From NCBI GenBank assembly GCA_020639295.1, contig JACKGY010000004.1:6348-70347 (forward strand): a stretch of DNA of 64,000 nucleotides, given 5' to 3'. Each line of letters begins with the position of its first letter. Within the stretch, counting starts at the first letter, position 1. Under the pieces are notes generated by a model. It saw only the letters and a list, made by a program, of their open reading frames with translations. It ran no database searches and was not told where the DNA came from. Below, piece by piece: positions 27,676-38,377 of the stretch. The stretch is from Planctomycetota bacterium (GTDB lineage: Bacteria; Planctomycetota; GCA-002687715; DRQF01). The translations under genes were made by a program, and so were the position numbers.

Positions 27676-30198
27676 TCAGTTCACGATGTCGAGGGTCACC
27701 ACGTTGGTGAGCGCGATGTTCTGGGTCGTGGAGAAGACCACGCTCTGGAAGTGGACCGTCAGCCCGATCGCGTAGGGCGGAAGGTTGAGCGGCATGGTGA
27801 GTTCGCCGGCATTCGAAGTCCGGAAGCTGGCATTCACCAGGTCGCCGGCGGTGCCATCGGCGAGCAGCAGGAGGCCCGGGAAGGTCATGGTGACCGGGTC
27901 GTAGCTGCCGATGTCGAGCTGGCCCTGCGGGTCGAGCACCACGTTGCCCAGGTTGAGGAAGCCGGCCAGCAGCTGGATCGGCTGGTTGGGCTCACCCTCC
28001 CAGTGGAAGACCGTGGGCGCGAGGATATGGGCGGTCGCCTCATAGGGGCCGGGGAGACCGCTCTTCACCGGCTGGCCGTGGAGCGCGTCGGTGGCGTTGT
28101 TGATGTCGAACTCGCCGATCTCGAGCTGCGGGCGCTGACCCTTCTGACCGATCTGCAGGTTGATGTTGTCCAGCTTCCAGTACCAGGCGTAGTTGCCCTC
28201 GTAGCGGAAGCGGACGATCGCACTCTGATAGCCGCCGGCGGCCGCGGTCAGATCGTAGGAGGAGTGCGTGGGATCGGTGGCCTGCGAGCTGGCGAAGTGG
28301 ACGATCTCGTTCCAGACCGTGCCGTCCCAGACCTCGATCCAGGCGTCGCTGGAGCTGAAGTACTGGCGGAAGTAGCCGTCGAGGTCGAGCCTGATGTCGA
28401 GGTCGCCGCTGGCGTCGAAGAGGGGGCTGTAGAGCGCGCCCGAGACGAAGTTGCCGGTACCGGACTCGTCGGTGTCGAAGATCGCGATCGGCGCCGACTG
28501 CGGCTGGTTCAGGGTCCGGTTGCCGGGGTTGTCGAAGCGCCAGCCGTCGAGCTTCGGACGGTTGCCCTCGACCAGGGCGGAGATCCAGCCGCTGGGCGGC
28601 TGGATGCCGCTGCCGCCCGAGAAGTCCTCGAAGAACCCGGAGTCGGCGCGGCCCAGCCTGCGGTAGTGGACCTGGACGTCCGGCTGGACGTAGGACACCT
28701 GCGGAATGAAGGGGTAGTCGCCGGCGGCGCCGGTGGCCATGGTCAGGGTGCCGTCGGACTTGAAGTCGCCGGAGACGTTGAAGTCCTGGGTGTAGAAGAC
28801 CGTGTTGATGGCGTTGTTGGTCGCGGTCACGTAGAGACCCTGGATGCCGCCCTCGGGAATGAACAGGCGGAGATCCTGGGCCACCTGGACGCTGCCGCCG
28901 GTGACCAGGCTGACCGGTTCGCTGCTGATGCGCGTCCACAGCGACGGCGTGCCCGCCGCACCGAGCTGCGAGCCGCCGGCGGTGAGCGCCCAGACCTCGA
29001 TCGTGTGGTTGCCGGCGTCCAGGTTGCAGTCGATCGACTCGACGACGATCGGCTTGTTGGACTTGAGGTCGAAGAAGACGCCGATGTCGAAGTACCCGAC
29101 GGTCGGCGTCCCCGAGAAGACCGAGCTGCCGCCGGGCGTGATGCCGGTGCCCTGCGACGGGATGCGGTAGTGGACGGTGCCGGCGAAGAGGCCGGCGTCC
29201 ACGGGATTGCCGAAGGACGCCGAGGCCGTGTCGTAGGCGGTCCCGCTGTGGATGTCGATGTCGCTGCCGACGGCGCGCAGCGGAGAGCCGGACGCATTCT
29301 GGCAATCGATGCCTGCCTCGACGTTCGTGACCAGGTAGAAGCCGCGCCGCTTGCCCTTCGGTACCGCCGCCTCGAACGAGAAGGGCAGCTCCTGGCTGCC
29401 CGCGTTGGCCACGACGAAGCCGTAGCGCTCGCCGATGAGGCGCCAGGCGCCGAAGCCGTGACCCGCGGTGGCGGCCGGGACGTTCGACTCGGCGACGTAG
29501 AGCTGGAGGTGGTAGACGCCGGGCTTGAGCATCGCGCTGAGACCGGTGACGACCACGTCACGGCTCTTGGCCTCGACGTCGAATTCGATCGCGTCCTCGC
29601 TGTCGTCCACCGAGGCGGCCGTGGCCAGGCTCGCGGCGCTGCCGACCGAGCTGTTGGAGAAACGGATGGCGCCGCGGAAGATCCGCGAGCTGCCGCCGGG
29701 CGTCGTCCCGCCGAAGACGCTGCCGCCGAAGGTGGCCATGCCGGCGCCCTCGTGGAGGGCCAGACCGGCGGTGACGACACTCGCGGCATCCATGTTGACG
29801 CCGTTCTCGTAGGAGAGAGTTCCGCTGGTCGTCCTCAGGTAGAAACCGGTCTTGGCGCCGGCGGGAAGGACGACGTCGAGGGGCAGCGGAAGCTGGGTCG
29901 CCTGGAGACTCGTCGTGGAGTAGACACTGACCTTGCCGAGCAGGGTCCAGGCGCCGGCGCTGCCCTGCTTGCCGATCCAGGAGCTGCCGTCGGTGACCGA
30001 CCAGACCTCGATGGTCCGAGAGCCGGGGCTGAGCATCAGGTCGAAGCCCGTGATCCGGCAGTAGCTGCTCGCGGACAGGTCGAAGAGGACGCCGCCGCTG
30101 CTGTTGTTGGAAGAACTGGGGGTCGTGAGCGTGACTTGGGAGCTCGCCGAGGCGGCGAGCAAGAGGAGGATGCCGAGGAGGCTGCCGATCCGTTTCAT
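27676..30198 (-). CDS. Secreted ~840-aa protein, P family (P3)
   Basis: 840-aa ORF with signal peptide MKRIGSLLGILLLLAASASSQ. Three ~150-170-aa repeats, each with ..FDL/FDV..ITG.D.....IEVW....W.L.G....LP......P.G...GFYL...... and ending V.Y/RF. MAM-like block GWRFDNPG..SPLFDAS..IEVWDGTVWNEI..IVRFRYEGNYAWYWKLDNI. C-terminal module QRPQLEIGEFDIN..WEGEPNQPIQLL..PQGQLDIGSYDP..FQSVVFSTTQNIALTN. Confidence 0.85.
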   Translation of the reverse strand: MKRIGSLLGILLLLAASASSQVTLTTPSSSNNSSGGVLFDLSASSYCRITGFDLMLSPGSRTIEVWSVTDGSSWIGKQGSAGAWTLLGKVSVYSTTSLQATQLPLPLDVVLPAGAKTGFYLRTTSGTLSYENGVNMDAASVVTAGLALHEGAGMATFGGSVFGGTTPGGSSRIFRGAIRFSNSSVGSAASLATAASVDDSEDAIEFDVEAKSRDVVVTGLSAMLKPGVYHLQLYVAESNVPAATAGHGFGAWRLIGERYGFVVANAGSQELPFSFEAAVPKGKRRGFYLVTNVEAGIDCQNASGSPLRAVGSDIDIHSGTAYDTASASFGNPVDAGLFAGTVHYRIPSQGTGITPGGSSVFSGTPTVGYFDIGVFFDLKSNKPIVVESIDCNLDAGNHTIEVWALTAGGSQLGAAGTPSLWTRISSEPVSLVTGGSVQVAQDLRLFIPEGGIQGLYVTATNNAINTVFYTQDFNVSGDFKSDGTLTMATGAAGDYPFIPQVSYVQPDVQVHYRRLGRADSGFFEDFSGGSGIQPPSGWISALVEGNRPKLDGWRFDNPGNRTLNQPQSAPIAIFDTDESGTGNFVSGALYSPLFDASGDLDIRLDLDGYFRQYFSSSDAWIEVWDGTVWNEIVHFASSQATDPTHSSYDLTAAAGGYQSAIVRFRYEGNYAWYWKLDNINLQIGQKGQRPQLEIGEFDINNATDALHGQPVKSGLPGPYEATAHILAPTVFHWEGEPNQPIQLLAGFLNLGNVVLDPQGQLDIGSYDPVTMTFPGLLLLADGTAGDLVNASFRTSNAGELTMPLNLPPYAIGLTVHFQSVVFSTTQNIALTNVVTLDIVN

Positions 30199-30260
30199 CT
30201 TTGATCTCCGGTGTGGGGGTTTCTGGTTCAGCCGTCACAGGGAGCAGTGAAAGGGGTGGT

Positions 30261-30278
30261 CCTCCGTCCGGAGATTTC
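30261..30278 (-). promoter_or_regulatory. Conserved motif GAAATCTCCGGACGGAGG in the divergent P3/K3 intergenic region
   Basis: Minus-strand reading, 62 nt upstream of the P3 ATG. The near-identical GAAATTCTCCGGACGAGG sits 56 nt upstream of the P4 ATG (52079-52096). It contains the inverted repeat CTCCG-GA-CGGAG. Confidence 0.35.
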
Positions 30279-30425
30279 TCGATCCCGACCGGTTCTTGAC
30301 CCGGTCTTCATCGCGAGCGGGGCCGAGTTCGGGCAAAACCGGGCTCGAAACTCGCCCTCGACCGGATGAACGTCTACGATCCCGGCTCGGCCGGGAGGTG
30401 CCCGGTCAGCTTGGGCGGGCGGAAG

Positions 30426-33448
<3,023 letters not shown>

Positions 33449-33452
<4 letters not shown>

Positions 33453-34027
33453 CCGCGACGGCGTCTCCGATCGAGGCCCGCATGCTTGCCGGCGACGACC
33501 TGGCCTTTGCCGAGCTGGCCGACCGACACGGTGGTCGGCTACGGCTGTACATCCGTCAGGTGGCCGGGCGCGCCATCGCCGCCGACAGCGACGAGGAGGA
33601 CCTCTACCAGCTCGTGGTCTTCCGGGCCTGGCAGCTCCGCGAGAGCTTCGTCCCGCGCGGGCCGGGGAGCTTCCACTCCTGGCTCGTCGCCATGGCCCGC
33701 AACGTCATCGGCGATCGGATTCGTTACCTGGCTGGCAAGGGCCGCGACGCCGGTCGTCGGGCCGTCTGCGCGGCGTCGATCGCCTCGGAGATCCCCGCGT
33801 CGATCACCTCCGTCGCCAGTCGAGCCTCGCGCCGCGAAGAGGCCGATCGCCTCGAACGCTTCCTGACCGAACTCGAGGCCGAGCAGCGGACGATCGTGGA
33901 ACTCTACTACCTCGAAGGGCTCTCTCTCGCCCAGGTGGCCGAACGCTGCGCCCGGGCACGTTCGAGCGTCTGGGAGGAGCTGCGTGACATTCTCGCCCGG
34001 ATGCGCGGCAGCCTGGGCGAGTCCTGA
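33449..34027 (+). CDS. ECF-type sigma factor (S3), coupled to K3 (ATGA overlap)
   Basis: In-frame ATG at 33449 within ORF 32924..34027; it overlaps the K3 stop (33450-33452). Reads EDLYQLVVFRAWQLRESF...WLVAMARNVIGDRIRYL...IVELYYLEGLSLAQVAERCARARSSVWEELRDILARM. Paralog of 48417..48998. Confidence 0.85.
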
Positions 34028-34035
34028 TCCCGCCG

Positions 34036-35250
34036 CAGCCGGCGCTCCGATGCACAGCAGGCGCTGCGCGGTCCGACCGGAGCGCCGACTACCGGGAGCC
34101 AGGGTGCTTCGGCTGGGCAGCCGGTGCTCCGGGTCTCCGATTGCTCGGAGCGCCAGCCGCTGGCTGGCCTAGTCTTCTTCGGCCATTGCTCGTGGTCTTG
34201 CGGCGACGATGGCCGTGCTTTCAGTCGTCGGTGACTTGAAAGCGATCGGTCTCGAGGCCGGCTGGGCAGCCGGCGCTCCGATGCGCAGCGGGCGCTGCGC
34301 GGTCCGACCGGAGCGCCGACTACCGGGAGCCAGGGTGCTTCAGCTGGGCAGCCGGTGCTCCGGGTCTCCGATTGCTCGGAGCGCCAGCCGCTGGCTGGCC
34401 TAGTCGTCTTCGGCCCTTGCTCGTGGTCTTGCGGCGACGATGGCCGAGCTTTCAGTCGTCGGTGACTTGAAAGCGATCGGCCTATAGGCCGGCTGGGCAG
34501 CCGGCGCTCCGAGGCGCAGCAGGTGCTGCGCGGTCCGACCGGAGCGCCAGCCGCTGGCTGGCCTAGTCTTCTTCGGCCATTGCTCGTGGTCTTGCGGCGA
34601 CGATGGCCGAGCTTTCAGTCGTCGGTGACTTGAAAGCGATCGGCCTATAGGCCGGCTGGGCAGCCGGCGCTCCGAGGCGCAGCAGGTGCTGCGCGGTCCG
34701 ACCGGAGCGCCAGCCGCTGGCTGGCCTAGTCTTCTTCGGCCATTGCTCGTGGTCTTGCGGCGACGATGGCCGAGCTTTCAGTCGTCGGTGACTTGAAAGC
34801 GATCGGCCTATAGGCCGGCTGGGCAGCCGGCGCTCCGATGCGCAGCGGGCGCTGCGCGGTCCGACCGGAGCGCCGACTACCGGGAGCCAGGGTGCTTCAG
34901 CTGGGCAGCTGGTGCTCCGGGTCTCCGATTGCTCGGAGCGCCAGCCGCTGGCTGGCCTAGTACTCTTCGGCCATTGCTCGTGGTCTTGCGGCGACGATGG
35001 CCGTGCTTTCAGTCGTCGGTGACTTGAACGCGATCGGCCTATAGGCCGGCTGGGCAGCCGGCGCTCCGAGGCGCAGCAGGCGCTGCGCGGTCCGACCGGA
35101 GCGCCAGCCGCTGGCTGGCCTAGTCGTCGAGAGTGATCGAGCCTCCGAGGCGCAGCAGGTGCTGCGCGGTCCTTTCCCGTCGGACCGCCCGTAAGGACCG
35201 CGGAGCGCCTGCTCCGCCACTTCCTCCGGGCCGGCTGCCCAGCCGGCCGG
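34036..35250. repeat. Hairpin-module tandem array, locus B (six units: 231/163/163/231/163 bp plus a first partial and a degenerate tail)
   Basis: Unit ends (GGCTGGCCTAG) at 34172, 34403, 34566, 34729, 34960 and 35123. Each unit chains several GC-rich stem-loops: CGGCCTATAGGCCG, GCCGGCT-GGGC-AGCCGGC, GCGCAGC-AGGT-GCTGCGC, GCCAGCC-GCT-GGCTGGC, GGCCAT..ATGGCC and GCTTTCAGTC..GACTTGAAAGC. The 163-bp period is not a multiple of 3. Confidence 0.9.
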
Positions 35251-35251
35251 G

Positions 35252-37759
35252 TCAGTCGGCTTGCCGCCTGAGCTGAACCCGCAGGCGATCCGTGTTCAGG
35301 CTGGCGGCGTCGATCTCGACGCTCTCGTAGCCCTCGAGTTCGATGCGGATGCCGGCGGGCGGTTGGCGGAGGTCGCGCAGGTAGAGGACGCGGCCGTCGT
35401 CATCGCTCACCGGGGTCGGCTGTTCAACCTCGAAACTCTCGCTCGCAAAGCGCATGCGCGGCTGGTCGAGCGTGATCACCTCGGCGTCGGCGAGGGGCTC
35501 TCCGTCCTCGTCGAGGATCCGGATCACCACCAGCTTGCGGCGATTCGCGTCGAAGCGCAGGGTCAGGCGCCGCTGCTCGGTCGCGGTCAGTTCGACGCCG
35601 TCCTGCTCGGCCAGGAGCTGATCGGCGAGGTCGCGGATCTCGATCCGGAAGCGGACGCCGGGGCGCAGGTCCTGGAGCCGGAAGATCCCGTCCGGGCCCG
35701 GACGGGCGATCAGCTCGAAGTGGTCCTCGCTCTCGGAGACGCCGACCGCGGCGCGTGCACCCAGGCCGGTCTGCAGGTCGTAGTCGAAGCCGTCGGGCAT
35801 CAGCGCGCGAGGACCGTGGACGACGAGCTGCTGAGCGGGGAAGTCGGCCGGAGCGCCCTCGAAGACCACCTCAAGCCGGTTGACCGGCGCGAGCACGATT
35901 CGCTGCCGGTTCTCGTCGGCGCGTTCGATCGCGAACCGACGCGCGCCGTGGTCGAGCGCCGTCGCCATCGCCTCGTCGATGCCGGCGCCGAGGCCACGGA
36001 TCTCGCCCTCGCCCTCGGCATCGGTCCTGGCCTGGAGACTGCCACTCGCCACCATCACCACGGCGTTCGCCAGCGGCCGGCCCGCGGGGTCGACCACCAG
36101 GAAGCGCCAGGAGCCGAGCGGGGCCAGGGCGACGTCGCCGAGGTCGACCGTGTCGGCGAAACCCTCGTCGGCGTGCAGGACCTCGATCAGCTCGCCGCCG
36201 CGGGGAACGCTCAGGCGCAGCTCATCGAAGTCCAGGACGTTGCTGCCGATCACGAAGCGGCCGTCGGCGTCGCTGCTCGCCCGCGTCGTCGACCAGGCGA
36301 TCTCGTCGTAGCGACAGTTCAGCACCACGGGCTGCCAGGGGATCGGCGCCAGGGTCGAGGCATCCACGAGCCGGCCGGTGACCCGAGGGACGGCGATGAC
36401 CTCGAGCACGAGATTCTCGGTCGGCGCGGGCAGGCTGCGCCAGCGGCCGAGATGCCGGTCCGGCTCACGGAAGGCGAAGCCCTGGCCCAGTTCGAGGCGA
36501 AGTGCCTGCCCCGGGAGAAGGCCCCGGAATCGGAAGCTCCCGTCTCCGGCCACCTTGGTCAGGCAGGAGTCACGGCGTCGCTCGAGGGGCCAGACCAGGG
36601 CGGCGATCGCGGGCGGCAGCTCCTCGCGGTCGGCGTCGTCCTGCCACAGCCGGAGCTCGAGTTCGCGATAGGGCAGGCCGCCGGCGACGCGCACCTGCCC
36701 CGAGAGGATCGCGCCCTCCTCGAGGTCGAGGCGTCGATGACCGGCGAGCTCGATCTCGCGCCGCCACCAGGGCCGCCCCGGGGCCAGGACGACGACGCTC
36801 GCCCGCCCGGCTCGGCCCGGCCGTCGCAGCCGGCCACGCTCGTCGCTCCGGCCGTCGACCAGCAGGTCCTCGTCCCGGAAGATCAGCACGCGGGCCCCGG
36901 CGATGGCGGCGCCATCCGGATCGCGCAGCTCGAGGACCAGCTCGGCCCGCTCCTCGACCAGGTCCGGCGCGGCTTCGGTCTCCTCGGTCCCGGTGGCCGC
37001 CGCAACCTCGCCGCCGCTCGGACTGCGGCGCGCGGCCGGAGTCGCTGCGGCCTCCTGCCGGTCGCCGCGGTCGAGTTCGGGTCCGTCCTCGTGGGCGAGG
37101 GTGGTGGCCAACCAGGCCACGATGGCCGCAGACAGGGCGACGGCGACGACGATCGATTTCTGACTCATGACGACTCCCGTGAAGCGGGCGGCGAGGCCGC
37201 CGATACCGCCGCCGGTGACGAGAGTTCCGACCTTGGGGGCGCTCAGGGCGAGCGGCAGCAGCACGCTTGCCCAGGACGCGGTGGGCTGATCGCGGTCGAG
37301 CCGTTCGCGCAGCATCGCCAGTCCGCGGCTGAGCTGGGTGCGGACGGTGGCGGCCGGGCGGCCGAGGCGCCGGGCGATGGCGCGCGGTGTCTCGCCGCGG
37401 AGGTAGCGGGCGACGATCAGGCCACGATAGGGTTCGGCGAGTTCGCGCAGGGCCTGCCCCAGGAGGGCATGGCTCTCCAGGATCGCCAGCGCCTCGGCCG
37501 GGTCGTCGGTCACCGCGGTCTCGACGAATTCGGCTTGGTCGGGCCGCCGGCGCCAGGATTCGGCGACCCGTCGGCGCAGGACCGAGCGCAGCCAGGAACG
37601 TTCCTGGCCGCGCCGCGGCGGTTGCCGCAGGGCCGCGAGCCAGACCTCCTGGACCAGGTCGTCGCGATCCGCCGCGTCGCGGACGAGGATCGCGGCAAGC
37701 CGGCCCAGCCAGCCGCCCTGGGCCAGGAGTTCGTCGATGCTCGTCCGTTCACCCGTCAC
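35252..37759 (-). CDS. ECF-sigma-like domain fused to hydrophobic segments and a ~600-aa C-terminal region with carboxypeptidase-regulatory-like repeats
   Basis: Single 835-aa ORF with no in-frame stop. The N-terminus reads DDLVQEVWLAALRQ ... PYRGLIVARYLRGETPRAIARRLGRPAATVRTQLSRGLAMLRERL (sigma regions 2 and 4). Hydrophobic segments WASVLLPLALSA..LVTGGGIGGLAARFTGVV and SIVVAVALSAAIVAWLATTLA follow. Repeated beta-type modules then follow (e.g. LRDPDGAAIAGARVLIF..DGRSDERGRL; VVDPAGRPLANAVVMV..ARTDAEGEGEI). Confidence 0.7.
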   Translation of the reverse strand: MTGERTSIDELLAQGGWLGRLAAILVRDAADRDDLVQEVWLAALRQPPRRGQERSWLRSVLRRRVAESWRRRPDQAEFVETAVTDDPAEALAILESHALLGQALRELAEPYRGLIVARYLRGETPRAIARRLGRPAATVRTQLSRGLAMLRERLDRDQPTASWASVLLPLALSAPKVGTLVTGGGIGGLAARFTGVVMSQKSIVVAVALSAAIVAWLATTLAHEDGPELDRGDRQEAAATPAARRSPSGGEVAAATGTEETEAAPDLVEERAELVLELRDPDGAAIAGARVLIFRDEDLLVDGRSDERGRLRRPGRAGRASVVVLAPGRPWWRREIELAGHRRLDLEEGAILSGQVRVAGGLPYRELELRLWQDDADREELPPAIAALVWPLERRRDSCLTKVAGDGSFRFRGLLPGQALRLELGQGFAFREPDRHLGRWRSLPAPTENLVLEVIAVPRVTGRLVDASTLAPIPWQPVVLNCRYDEIAWSTTRASSDADGRFVIGSNVLDFDELRLSVPRGGELIEVLHADEGFADTVDLGDVALAPLGSWRFLVVDPAGRPLANAVVMVASGSLQARTDAEGEGEIRGLGAGIDEAMATALDHGARRFAIERADENRQRIVLAPVNRLEVVFEGAPADFPAQQLVVHGPRALMPDGFDYDLQTGLGARAAVGVSESEDHFELIARPGPDGIFRLQDLRPGVRFRIEIRDLADQLLAEQDGVELTATEQRRLTLRFDANRRKLVVIRILDEDGEPLADAEVITLDQPRMRFASESFEVEQPTPVSDDDGRVLYLRDLRQPPAGIRIELEGYESVEIDAASLNTDRLRVQLRRQAD

Positions 37760-37936
37760 CGCAGGCCACTCCTCGATGGGAACCGGTCGGATTCTCGCCG
37801 GACGACGACCTCCGTCGCCCGGGCAGCGCCTGCTGGGTCGGCGGTCGTCGACGAACGCTACGAGAAATCCGGGAAACCCGCTCGCCGTGTCCTGGATCTG
37901 ACGAGGTCACCCGGGACCTCCGGGGCCATGCCGGGG

Positions 37937-38377
37937 TCAGGGGGCGGGGTCGAGCCGATGTCGCCAATCGCCGCCCAGGCGGCGAAGGGCCCTCTTCAGG
38001 CGGTCGGGGTCGAGGGGCTTGCACAGGACCTCGACCGCGCCGTGATCCAGTGAGGTCGCGATGTCCCCATCCTGGTCGGACGAGGTCAGGACGATGACCG
38101 GGACCGAGCGCGTGTCGGCGTCGGCCTGGAGCCGATCGAGGACCTCGAAGCCGCTCAGCCCTGGCATGTTGAGGTCGAGCAGGACGAGGGCGGGACGGCC
38201 GCCGATCGGGTTCTCGTCCGGTCTTGCCAACAGGTCGAGACAGGCCCGGCCGTTCGCCGCTTCATGCAGGGGGAGATCGGCGAGGGCGGGGTCACCCTGG
38301 AAGGCCATGCGGATCAGGAGGCGGTCACCGGCGTTGTCGTCCACCAGCAGGATGCTCATCGAGTCGCCGGAGTTCAT
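37937..38377 (-). CDS. Response regulator, receiver domain only
   Basis: 146-aa ORF. ILLVDDNAGDRLL, phospho-acceptor context ALVLLDLNMPGLSG, and VIVLTSS..K-P. The ATG overlaps the upstream kinase stop (ATGA at 38374-38377). Confidence 0.85.
   Translation of the reverse strand: MNSGDSMSILLVDDNAGDRLLIRMAFQGDPALADLPLHEAANGRACLDLLARPDENPIGGRPALVLLDLNMPGLSGFEVLDRLQADADTRSVPVIVLTSSDQDGDIATSLDHGAVEVLCKPLDPDRLKRALRRLGGDWRHRLDPAP

Noticed and set aside
33984-34403. Small ORFs inside the arrays (33984..34172, 34209..34403, 62087..62356, 62302..62616, 34957..35220 -, 62250..62675 -) encoding AGWAAGAP...SRWLA-type peptides.
   Set aside because: They merely track the repeat sequence and end at the invariant CTAG. 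The 163-bp period is not divisible by 3, so the frame is not maintained from unit to unit. The peptides are Arg/Ala/Gly-rich with no start context.
34036-35250. Reading the periodic array as a CRISPR locus.
   Set aside because: The whole 163/231-bp unit repeats, so there are no unique spacers between short repeats. The unit length is far outside CRISPR repeat-spacer periodicity, and no cas genes are present in the window.
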